The translations under genes and the position numbers were made by a program. From a virus (Duplodnaviria > Caudoviricetes), in the IMG/VR virus record IMGVR_UViG_3300045391_006539: a stretch of 64,000 bases of DNA; one strand, given 5' to 3'. Positions 35,529-44,119 of the stretch are shown in pieces. The notes beneath the pieces are model-generated. The model was given only the letters and a program-made list of their open reading frames with translations, made no database searches and was not told the origin of the DNA. The number at the start of each line of letters is the position of its first letter. Within the stretch, counting starts at the first letter, position 1.

Positions 35529-38500
35529 ATGCCTCTCAGCAGCATGGAAATGGCCCAGATGACTGGCTTCTACCAGAACCAGTCTGCGCAGCAGATGCAC
35601 AACGCCAGTATGATTGGTATGGGCATGCCCATCGGCGATGCCTTTGCCAGTGGCACCATGAATCGAGTGGGGGCAGTGGCTGGCCCTCTCGCCGTGGGCG
35701 CGCTCGGACTAGACCCACTGAGCATCGGTCTTTCTGCTGGTGCATGGGGTGCGAGTCGCGGCATGGGCATGATGGGCGCCGCTGGATTGGGCCTGGGTGC
35801 AGGCCTCGCTTCCATGCCCATCTCGATGGCCGTGGGTTACGGCGTCAATCAGATGTTCGCCGGAGCCCAGCAACAGCAGGCCTTCGGGGGCATGATGAAC
35901 TCGACCTTCCGCTTCGCCAACAACTACGGCGGCCATGGCTTCGGTCGAGGGGGTCTAGCCGACATCGGCAGCATGATGCGGAACATGTCGACCGAACAGG
36001 GTCCAGCGGGTCAGATGGTGGGCTTCGAGGAGCTCGGCCGACTCGCCTCCAACATGGGACGCATGGGCATGGCCCAGGGCGTACGTGACGCCAAGGACTT
36101 CAGCACCAAGTTCCGGGAGATGGTCAAGACCGTCAAGGAAATCGCCGAAGCCATGGGCACCTCACTCGAAGAGGCGCAGAAGATGATGCAGGCCATGAAG
36201 GGGTCTGGGGTCTTCGGCAACCAGAACGCCGCGCAATTCGCCCAGCGCATCCGCTCGGGTGCCGTCGCCGGTGGCATGGCCACGAGCGAGCTCACGGGCA
36301 TGATGAGTGTCGGCTCCCAGATATCCCGCATGGTGGGTGGGCGTGGTCGTGCCGGCGCCGCAGGTGGCATCGAGACCCTGACCAACATCGGCGTGGCGCA
36401 GCAGATGGGTCTCCTCAGTGAGGAGGACGTCTACAACGTCACGGGTCTGACGGGCGCCGAGGGACGCCGCGCCATGGCCACCCGACAGATGGAGCAGAGC
36501 GCTCGCTTCCTTCAGTCTTCCAATGGTCGCCGCTTCCTCGCCTCCATCGCAGGCCGAGATGGGCAGCTCGACGCGGGCTCGGTCGCGGAAATCATGGCGG
36601 GTGGCGTGGGCACCGACCGCACCATGCAGATGGCTGGGCGGAACCTCTCGAAGATTGGTCGAGCCAACTTCATTCGCAATGAGGGGCGCTTGCGAGGCGC
36701 TGCGCTCGAGCAGTTTGGAGGCCTCGCTCCGATGCTGCAGATGAGCCAGTGGCTCGGTGAGCGAGGCATCGACGTCAACGAGGGCAACGACCGTGCCATG
36801 GTCTTCATGCAGCGGCACTTGGGCATGGGCAACGACGAGGCCGAGATGATGCTGCGCCAAGTGCGTGAGCTGCCACAGATTCTCCGCCAGCGCCAGCTCT
36901 CGAGCCAGGACGATGACTACTCGAAGCGCCTCAGTGAGCGCAAGAGCATGACTGGTCTCGAAGGCATCAAGAACAAGTTCGAGAAGGCCAAGGCCGAGGT
37001 CAACTCTGCGCTCCAGCAGGTGGGTGCCGACATCCACGATGGCATCGCCAGCTACATCGAAGGAGCCGTCAATCGCATGACAGATAACTATGTGAAGGAG
37101 ACGCGGCAGGGCGTGTCCGAGGCCTTCCGCACGATGATGGGTGGTGGCGCGCTCGGTGCCGGTGCTGCTGCCGATGTCTTTGGCATTGGGGGTGGCGCGT
37201 TCAGCTCTTCGGCGGCGCGCTCGAGCACACTTTTCCGGTCGGGCCGGAGCGACCTCGCCATCTTCCAGGACCGAGACGCTACACGCTTTGCCAAGGCCGG
37301 CTTTGCTTTCAAGGGTGGGGACATCATGGCCCACACCAACACGGTTGCTGCAGTCAACAACGCCTTCCGGGGTGGAGACTCGAATCTCGCGGGGCGTGCG
37401 GGCATCCAGTCACTCGGGGCTGCGGGTGCCGATGCCTTCAAGCAAGCCTTGCTCGGTCAGAGCATCTCGGGTCGCGGCTTCGACCGACTCGATAGCTTTG
37501 GTCAGTTCCTACTGGGCCAATCGGGTGGAAACCGTGCGGGTACGGACCTCTTCAACCGTTATCGGGGCGCGAGTCGTGAGGAACAGGCGCAAATCATGGC
37601 GGCCTACTCGGGTGAGGGTGGCGCTGGACAGAGTCAGGCCGACTACTTCAGCGACCCAGGCTTCCGTGGGGTCTATGGCGTGAGCGGCAACTTCACGATG
37701 GGTGAGGGCGCCGACAAGGTCGGCAGCGCCTTTGGTCGGGGCGGCAAGCGCGGTATGTTCGCCGGGTCTGCAACGAGCGCCGACACGGCCGTGGGCAAGT
37801 TCCTGCTCTCCGAGGATGGCAAGAAGCTCACCGACCGCATGATGAGCAACAACGCCAAGACGCGCGACGAGGCCAAGCTCCAGGTCGAGAAGGAGATTCT
37901 CACGCTCCAGAAGAAGGAAGACCTGACCAAGGAGGAGACGGCACGCTTGCGGGGTCTGAAGGGCATGCTCTTCGCCCAGCGCCTCACTGAGATGGAGGTC
38001 AAGGGCGCCTCTGCCAAGGAACTCGATGCCGAAGCGGCACGCCTCGGTGACTTGTATGGCATCAGTGCAAACGAGGTCCGCAGCAACGCGGCGACCATCG
38101 GTGCTCTGGCCATTGGCAACAAGGACGCGGCGCTCGTGCAGGCCAGTGAGCAGTTTGGAGACCAGGCTAGGTTGAACGCTGCTGGTCTATCTCGTGCGGG
38201 TCTGGTCTCGGGCAGTGGTGCGACGCTCACACTCAATGCTGCTGCAGCCGATAAGCTCGGTGGTGGCACGGCGGGACAGGCCTTCCTCAAGGCCATGGTC
38301 ACCAAGCAACAAGCTCTATCTCAGATGGGGCCTGGGGTGAGCGCCGACAAGATTCGAGAGCTGGCCGCCACGGCAAACAATGCAGCTCAGGGCATGAACG
38401 CCGAGCTCGCGAACATGAGCGTGGAGGACCAGCGCAAGTTCGCCCGTGCTCTCGCTGGTGTGGAGGGTGCCGAGGAAGAAGCGGGGACGGTCGGACGCGT

Positions 38501-38981
38501 GGCGACGCTCAGTGGACGACTCAAGAAGGCGGGCAAGGGGGCTGGGGGCATTCTCTCGGCAGCGGGTGCGCTCGGTGCATCTGGACTCGACAAGGAGGGC
38601 ATCCAGAAACTCCTCAAGGAGGGCGGCATTGGCGCCGTGGCCAAGGCCGTCGCCGGGAGCATTGGCAAGGGAGACCTGGTCAACAATTCGGGCTTCATGG
38701 CAGACCTCGAGAAGACCCTCGGTAGTGTCGAAGGGGGTCAGTTCAGTGCTGGCGGTGTGGGCCTAGAAAAGCTCCTTGGCAACGAGACGGTCAGCAAGTC
38801 GCGACTCGAGAAGGAAGCCGCCGAGGACCCGAACAAGAACCTCGCGAACATCGCGACCGATATGAAGACGTCGGCAGAGAAGCTCGGTCTCATTCACACG
38901 GTCCTCAGCGAGATGAAGGAGCGCGCCACCAAGAACCCCGAAGAGGGCTTCTGGGGCGGTATCATGGGAGGTGGCGGATGA
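35529..38981 (+). CDS. Tape measure protein
   Basis: 1150 aa, Gly/Ala/Met-rich, helical, N-terminal hydrophobic segments, almost no Cys/Pro. Confidence 0.7.
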   Translation: MPLSSMEMAQMTGFYQNQSAQQMHNASMIGMGMPIGDAFASGTMNRVGAVAGPLAVGALGLDPLSIGLSAGAWGASRGMGMMGAAGLGLGAGLASMPISMAVGYGVNQMFAGAQQQQAFGGMMNSTFRFANNYGGHGFGRGGLADIGSMMRNMSTEQGPAGQMVGFEELGRLASNMGRMGMAQGVRDAKDFSTKFREMVKTVKEIAEAMGTSLEEAQKMMQAMKGSGVFGNQNAAQFAQRIRSGAVAGGMATSELTGMMSVGSQISRMVGGRGRAGAAGGIETLTNIGVAQQMGLLSEEDVYNVTGLTGAEGRRAMATRQMEQSARFLQSSNGRRFLASIAGRDGQLDAGSVAEIMAGGVGTDRTMQMAGRNLSKIGRANFIRNEGRLRGAALEQFGGLAPMLQMSQWLGERGIDVNEGNDRAMVFMQRHLGMGNDEAEMMLRQVRELPQILRQRQLSSQDDDYSKRLSERKSMTGLEGIKNKFEKAKAEVNSALQQVGADIHDGIASYIEGAVNRMTDNYVKETRQGVSEAFRTMMGGGALGAGAAADVFGIGGGAFSSSAARSSTLFRSGRSDLAIFQDRDATRFAKAGFAFKGGDIMAHTNTVAAVNNAFRGGDSNLAGRAGIQSLGAAGADAFKQALLGQSISGRGFDRLDSFGQFLLGQSGGNRAGTDLFNRYRGASREEQAQIMAAYSGEGGAGQSQADYFSDPGFRGVYGVSGNFTMGEGADKVGSAFGRGGKRGMFAGSATSADTAVGKFLLSEDGKKLTDRMMSNNAKTRDEAKLQVEKEILTLQKKEDLTKEETARLRGLKGMLFAQRLTEMEVKGASAKELDAEAARLGDLYGISANEVRSNAATIGALAIGNKDAALVQASEQFGDQARLNAAGLSRAGLVSGSGATLTLNAAAADKLGGGTAGQAFLKAMVTKQQALSQMGPGVSADKIRELAATANNAAQGMNAELANMSVEDQRKFARALAGVEGAEEEAGTVGRVATLSGRLKKAGKGAGGILSAAGALGASGLDKEGIQKLLKEGGIGAVAKAVAGSIGKGDLVNNSGFMADLEKTLGSVEGGQFSAGGVGLEKLLGNETVSKSRLEKEAAEDPNKNLANIATDMKTSAEKLGLIHTVLSEMKERATKNPEEGFWGGIMGGGG

Positions 38982-39244
38982 AATCACTACTCTTTCAGCA
39001 GGACGTCACCAACTTCGTAGAGCCCGAGTCGTGTGCTCCAGGGCGGCAGGAGAAGTCCATTGCCGTCAAGAAGGACGGGCGGGTCTATCGCTACGTCGTG
39101 CGGGACAAGGTCTATCCCGAAGACCCATACCTCGTACTCGTTCGTGCAGCAGCCTTCGCCATCCAGACGGGTGAGCCTTACAACGGCACACCACCCAATC
39201 GCAGTGTGAGGGACTTTCTCATCAAACAGGCCATCGTCATCTAG
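38978..39244 (+). CDS. Hypothetical protein
   Basis: ATGA-coupled to the tape measure gene. Confidence 0.55.
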   Translation: MKSLLFQQDVTNFVEPESCAPGRQEKSIAVKKDGRVYRYVVRDKVYPEDPYLVLVRAAAFAIQTGEPYNGTPPNRSVRDFLIKQAIVI

Positions 39245-39256
39245 TAAATTGGGACC

Positions 39257-40717
39257 ATGTCGTTCTCCTTTGCTATTGCGCTAGACAAGCTCGCTGACAT
39301 CTCGACCGAGCTCAAGGACTACCAGCAGCGGGTGGTCGAGCGCATACAGGAGAAGGGTCGCCCGGGGCTCGTGGTTGCCCACGGTCTCGGTACGGGTAAG
39401 ACCCTCTCTTCCATCGCAGCGCAGGACGCGCTCGAGACACCGGCGACGGTGGTGGTCCCCGCCGCACTCAAGGCGAACTACGAGAAGGAGCGGGCCCGAC
39501 ATCTGACGGGTAAGAAGCAGCCCATCAAGCTCGAGTCGCTGCAGAACGTGGCGCGTGCGGGTATCCCCAAGAGCCAGCTCCTCGTCGTAGATGAGGCCCA
39601 TCGGGGCCGAGACCCGGCGAGCGCCACCTTCAAGGCCATCCGAGATGCCAAAGCGGACAAGAAGATGCTGCTCACGGCCAGCCCCTTTTACAACAGCCCC
39701 CACGACCTCGCCCCGCTCATCAACGTGGCGGCGAACGAGCGGGTGCTGCCCAACGACAAGAAGGAGTTCGACGCCCGTTACACACGCTTCCGCCCAGTCT
39801 ATCCGAGTCTCTGGGGTCGGTTGCGGGGTGACAAACCTGGCGAGGTGCAGGAGCTCAACCCCCGTCGGCGTGGCGAGCTCAAGAGCATCTATGACAAGTG
39901 GGTGGACTACCAACCGGGTGGCACCGAGGGCTTTCCCACTGTCACACGTGAAGACGTGGATGTGCCCATGAACAGCGAGCAGCTCGGGGTCTACGACACG
40001 TTGATGGACACGGCGCCGAGCTGGGTCTCGCGCAAGGTGAAGAGTGGTCTGCCTCCCAGCAAGGCCGAGGCGACCCAGCTCAACGCCTTCCTCACCGGTG
40101 CGCGCCAGGCGAGTCTATCGACCGCACCATTCGTTCAGGGCGATACGAAAGTCCACGAAACCAAGATTCAAAAGGCCTTCGAGAACCTGCGGAAGGAGCT
40201 CGAGACCAACCCTGACGCGCGGGCCGTGGTCTATAGCAACTTCCTCCAGGGTGGCATCCGTCCCTATGCCAATCGCCTCACGGCCGCCGGCATTCCCTTT
40301 GGTGAGTACACGGGCGAGATTCCCAGGACCCAACGCGACCAGCTCGTTCGGGACTACAACGAGGGCAAGAAGAGGGTGATGCTGCTTTCGAGTGCGGGTG
40401 GAGAAGGCCTAGACCTCAAGGGCACGCGCCTCATGCAGGTACTGGAGCCGCATTGGAACCGAGAGAAATTACTCCAGGTCGAGGGTCGCGGCATTCGCTA
40501 TGGCAGCCACGAGCATCTTCCAGAGGACCAGCGCAACGTGCGCGTCCAGACCTATCGAGCCACGCGTCCTCGCCAGGGCTTGCTCGAGCACCTACACGTC
40601 AGCAAGCCGGGCGGTGGTGTAGACGAGTACCTGAGCACGCGCAGCAAGGAGAAGGAAGACTTGAACGAGCAGTTCCGGAGTCTCTTGGCTCAGCAGCGTG
40701 AAGATAAGCAGGGCTAG
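39257..40717 (+). CDS. SNF2-like superfamily 2 helicase with a K-x-A leader
   Basis: LKDYQ, HGLGTGKT, VVDEAH, LLTASP, SSAGGEGLDL, EPHWN..QVEGRGIR. Confidence 0.88.
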   Translation: MSFSFAIALDKLADISTELKDYQQRVVERIQEKGRPGLVVAHGLGTGKTLSSIAAQDALETPATVVVPAALKANYEKERARHLTGKKQPIKLESLQNVARAGIPKSQLLVVDEAHRGRDPASATFKAIRDAKADKKMLLTASPFYNSPHDLAPLINVAANERVLPNDKKEFDARYTRFRPVYPSLWGRLRGDKPGEVQELNPRRRGELKSIYDKWVDYQPGGTEGFPTVTREDVDVPMNSEQLGVYDTLMDTAPSWVSRKVKSGLPPSKAEATQLNAFLTGARQASLSTAPFVQGDTKVHETKIQKAFENLRKELETNPDARAVVYSNFLQGGIRPYANRLTAAGIPFGEYTGEIPRTQRDQLVRDYNEGKKRVMLLSSAGGEGLDLKGTRLMQVLEPHWNREKLLQVEGRGIRYGSHEHLPEDQRNVRVQTYRATRPRQGLLEHLHVSKPGGGVDEYLSTRSKEKEDLNEQFRSLLAQQREDKQG

Positions 40718-40740
40718 AGAAAGAGCCCACGGGAGCTCTT
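40712..40740 (-). terminator. Intrinsic terminator with TAGCC tail
   Basis: AAGAGC/GCTCTT stem; minus strand continues TCTCTAGCC; between convergent genes. Confidence 0.55.
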
Positions 40741-40748
40741 CCAAGACT

Positions 40749-41351
40749 TCAGTTCGGGAGGTTGCGGACCCCCTTCGTGTGTCGGTGGAGTGAAAGTGTC
40801 TGACCAGCCGCTGAGGCTTGTTGCTGGAGTGGGGCAGAGAGGATTTGGACCTGCTCTCGTAGCTCAGTAAATTGAGTTGAGAGTGCTGTTAGGGCAGCTC
40901 TGAGCTCTTCATTCTCTGCCATCAACTGCTTGAGCTGCTCTTGGGATGGAGCGCCCAGAGGGATGTTAGCCCGACGCCACTCCTTCAAGTGCTGGGCGTT
41001 ATGGAGGATGAACTGAGCTGCGCGTGGAGACCTGCTCAGCTGACAATGAACATACATATCGGTCTCAGTCCAGAGAACCATGTCTTTCCGAACTCGCTTC
41101 ACACCGAAGCTATCTTTGTGCTCTCGCACTAGTCCAATGATGGACTCATGCAATGCGTTACGTGTACTTGAAGTACATCTAACCGGGTTGAACAGGGTTG
41201 GGTTTCGGTCGAAGTTCCTCCATATCGTCTGGGTTTCTACGTCCAGCGCTGACGCCAGCATGGGTGTGGTGGTCACTGCATCATCTGGTGGAAGGGCAAT
41301 GATTGCGAAGTCGATGTCGAACAACTTGTACGAAGCAAACTGGTATTTCAT
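40749..41351 (-). CDS. ORF6N/antirepressor-like DNA-binding protein with C-terminal coiled coil
   Basis: LASALDVET..RNFDRN..F and LWTE..QLSRSPRAAQF resemble the ORF6N pattern; SD GGAGG. Confidence 0.65.
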   Translation of the reverse strand: MKYQFASYKLFDIDFAIIALPPDDAVTTTPMLASALDVETQTIWRNFDRNPTLFNPVRCTSSTRNALHESIIGLVREHKDSFGVKRVRKDMVLWTETDMYVHCQLSRSPRAAQFILHNAQHLKEWRRANIPLGAPSQEQLKQLMAENEELRAALTALSTQFTELREQVQILSAPLQQQASAAGQTLSLHRHTKGVRNLPN

Positions 41352-41389
41352 CTAGTCCTCCACGAACCAGGTTGTTTGGCTCGTATCTA

Positions 41390-41416
41390 TTATGCCGCTG
41401 CTCGTAGAGTTCTTGC
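41390..41416 (-). promoter_or_regulatory. Sigma28-like promoter GCAA-N15-CGGCATAA
   Basis: Motif copy 39 nt upstream of ATG 41351. Confidence 0.65.
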
Positions 41417-41437
41417 AGGTTCCTGTAGACTAAGCTC

Positions 41438-43045
41438 ATGACTGTGTTTGTCGAATTGGTCACAGACGCGTTCGAGGAGAACCTCTCGAACCAGCTCATC
41501 AGCCGCGCCCGCAATGGCACGAGTGGCGGTGGCGCAGGCAATCGCGTCGCGCGTCGCCCCACACGCGGTCTCGAAATCAAGGACGACACCTACGCGGCGC
41601 TCAAGGTCGTGCTCAGCGATGGCAGCGAGCTCGAGCTCGTCGATTCGAGTAGTCCCACGGGCTACAGCACGACGGGCTATACCAACTTCATCCTCCAGAG
41701 CGTGCAGGAAGTGCGCATGGAGAAGCACCAACTCGTCGAGACGTTCGGGGCGAACTACATCTACTTCTTCGGAGAGAGTCCGCGCTTCCTCGACGTCTCT
41801 GCCGTCATCATCAACTCCCATGACTTCAACTGGGAGGCAGAGTGGTGGGAGAACTACGAGCAGAACTTCCGCGGCACGCGCCTCGTCGAGAAGGGCGGGC
41901 GGCTCTACATGTTCTACGACGACAACATCGTCGAGGGTTACATGCTGATGTGCCAGGCGAGCAAGCAGAGCTCGGAGCCGCATCTCATTCCCATCAGCTT
42001 CAAGCTCTTCCTCACGAACTACCGCAACATCAGTCGCATGTCGGACCCACACTTCCCCATCCGGGACGAGCTCGTGGTGGTCGACGTGGTCGACGTCCCG
42101 ACCTCGGACCGGGGTGACAACCGCGGCGCGGCGAGTGTGGCAGCCCTCCCCGACCGGCAGTCCGTGGCCGACGCCGCCGAGGGGACCCTCGCCGAGGGTC
42201 CTCGCCTCTCCGAGGCCCTGCGCGACGCGCGGGCGCTCCCCCTCCGGAGCCTGACCGCCGACAACAGCGACGAGTTCGTGGGGCTCCTGCCCACACCGGC
42301 GGCGGCGCCCATGGCCATCGTCCCGGCGAGGAGCCGCGCGGAGGCCCTCGGCGTGCCCCCAGCCGACTTTCGGAGGCTCGAGACGGACGACCTGCACCAG
42401 ACGAGCACCCGGGAGCTCGAGGCCTCTGGCGCGGAGGTGGACGACCCCTCGACCCTCTCCAGCCTGGGGCTCATGCCGACCTTCTCGAGCGACGCGCGCT
42501 CGGGGGCGACCTTCGGTCCCTCGGCCAATGCCGGGGTGGGTGCCAACGCGGGCTTCGGCATCGGCTTCGGCGGGGGCACCGAGACGCTCGGCCTGGCTGC
42601 GAGCTCGACCACTACCCTCGACCCCCTGGGCGCCATCTTCGGCGGCGGCAAGACCTCGAGCACCATCGACCCGGAGCTCGACAGCCGCTTCACCGAGGGC
42701 GTGGGTGACGCCGAGTACGGCTACCGGAGCGAGTTCTCACTCGGGCGCGCGGGCTTCGGGCAGGTGGGCTACGGCGACCTCGGTGGTCCTGGCTTCGGCG
42801 CGGGTGTCGGCGCTGCAGGCGACCCGGGCTTCAAAGACCCCTCGCGCTTCACGTTCGCCGGCGTCGTTCAGAACAAGGCGGCCTTCAACAAGTTCAAGAA
42901 GCCCAAGCCCACCCAGAACGTGTTTGGCGCCGGCGCAGGTCTCGGCTCGAGCTCGAGCGGGCTTTCGGGAGGCGCAGGTGTGCGTGTCGGAGGCAAGGTG
43001 AGTGCGTTCTCCTTCGTCAGTACCGGCGGGACGTTGAAGTTGTAG
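41438..43045 (+). CDS. Putative baseplate/tube-initiator protein with Gly/Phe-rich C-terminus
   Basis: NFILQSVQEVRMEK.Q.VETFG..Y.YFFGE.PR tube-like fold; downstream of tape measure; TAGACT 6 nt before ATG. Confidence 0.55.
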   Translation: MTVFVELVTDAFEENLSNQLISRARNGTSGGGAGNRVARRPTRGLEIKDDTYAALKVVLSDGSELELVDSSSPTGYSTTGYTNFILQSVQEVRMEKHQLVETFGANYIYFFGESPRFLDVSAVIINSHDFNWEAEWWENYEQNFRGTRLVEKGGRLYMFYDDNIVEGYMLMCQASKQSSEPHLIPISFKLFLTNYRNISRMSDPHFPIRDELVVVDVVDVPTSDRGDNRGAASVAALPDRQSVADAAEGTLAEGPRLSEALRDARALPLRSLTADNSDEFVGLLPTPAAAPMAIVPARSRAEALGVPPADFRRLETDDLHQTSTRELEASGAEVDDPSTLSSLGLMPTFSSDARSGATFGPSANAGVGANAGFGIGFGGGTETLGLAASSTTTLDPLGAIFGGGKTSSTIDPELDSRFTEGVGDAEYGYRSEFSLGRAGFGQVGYGDLGGPGFGAGVGAAGDPGFKDPSRFTFAGVVQNKAAFNKFKKPKPTQNVFGAGAGLGSSSSGLSGGAGVRVGGKVSAFSFVSTGGTLKL

Positions 43046-43066
43046 TCCCTCATTAGAATCGAGGGC

Positions 43067-44089
43067 ATGGCTCTCAAAACCGGTACGATTCGAACCATCA
43101 CCGACGAGGAAATCGCACGCGTCGATGCCGAGGTACGTGACCTGCGTGCCCGCATCGCCGAGTACGAAGCCGCGGCGACACAACCCCTTCCTTCTGCGAA
43201 GACTGGGCTCTGGGTAGACGGCCCCACCCTCAAGACCAAGACGGGCGCACCTGCGAACTGGCGCGGCATGGAGCTCCTCTGGGGTCCCACCGCCGACAGT
43301 CAGGCGACCCAGCTCTGCAAGAACATCAAGGCTTTCGGTGCCAATGCCATCTCGCCCTTGTTCCAGCAGGGTCAGGAGGGCGTCATCGATGTGCGCGAGT
43401 GTTTGGCGGCTGCGCGTGCCGAGGGCTTGATGGTGGGTGTCAACGCCGACAACACGAGCGGTGGCACGGGCTGGATTCGCCGCAGTGACATCGTCGATGC
43501 TTGCAATCACTCCGACCACGTCATGCTCGAAAGTGAGGTCGAGCTCGGGTCCATCGACACGATGACTCGGGACATCTGGTTCGCAAACGCCAAGAAGTTC
43601 ATCACGGGTATGCGCGATGCAGGTCATACGTCACCCATCAAGATTGGCGCGCCGACGGGTGGACGTCTACCGCACTGGTCGCTTCGGGTGGGCGACCTGC
43701 TCGTCGACCATGACCCACGGCACAATCTCATCTTCACATGGCAGGCGTACTGGGCTGCAGACCTCACCCGCTGGCAGTTCTCGACCGAGGCGGGCATGGA
43801 GAACGAAGGCGTCGCCGGCGCACTCGAGATGGCTGACGCCATCGCTGCGAGCGGCCTGTGCTTCATCGTGGGCCTCGACGGCGCCGATGACGTCGGGGTG
43901 ACGCCCTGGAAGGAGCTCGCCACGCGCCTGCACCAGAAGGGCATTGGTTGGCAGTGGTGGGCCTGGATGGTGGGTGACTCGTTCGGCAACGGCATCGTGG
44001 CCAGCACCATGGACACGTCGCCCAAGGGTCCCTTTGGTCCTGGCGTGCGAGACCTGATGCGCACGCAGTCCGCACTCGCGCAGCTCTGA
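43067..44089 (+). CDS. GH5 (mannanase/cellulase-like) TIM-barrel protein with N-terminal coiled coil; nucleophile appears lost
   Basis: GLWVDGPTL..RG, GANAI, MRDAG, DPRHNLIF, FIVGLDG in place of IGEFG, GIGWQWWAW. Confidence 0.7.
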   Translation: MALKTGTIRTITDEEIARVDAEVRDLRARIAEYEAAATQPLPSAKTGLWVDGPTLKTKTGAPANWRGMELLWGPTADSQATQLCKNIKAFGANAISPLFQQGQEGVIDVRECLAAARAEGLMVGVNADNTSGGTGWIRRSDIVDACNHSDHVMLESEVELGSIDTMTRDIWFANAKKFITGMRDAGHTSPIKIGAPTGGRLPHWSLRVGDLLVDHDPRHNLIFTWQAYWAADLTRWQFSTEAGMENEGVAGALEMADAIAASGLCFIVGLDGADDVGVTPWKELATRLHQKGIGWQWWAWMVGDSFGNGIVASTMDTSPKGPFGPGVRDLMRTQSALAQL

Positions 44090-44119
44090 CGACCGGCCGC
44101 AGTTGGTAGAGTGACCTAG

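Noticed and set aside
35315-36088. 257-aa ORF overlapping the tape measure start
   Set aside because: Crosses promoters and a terminator and overlaps the tape measure out of frame
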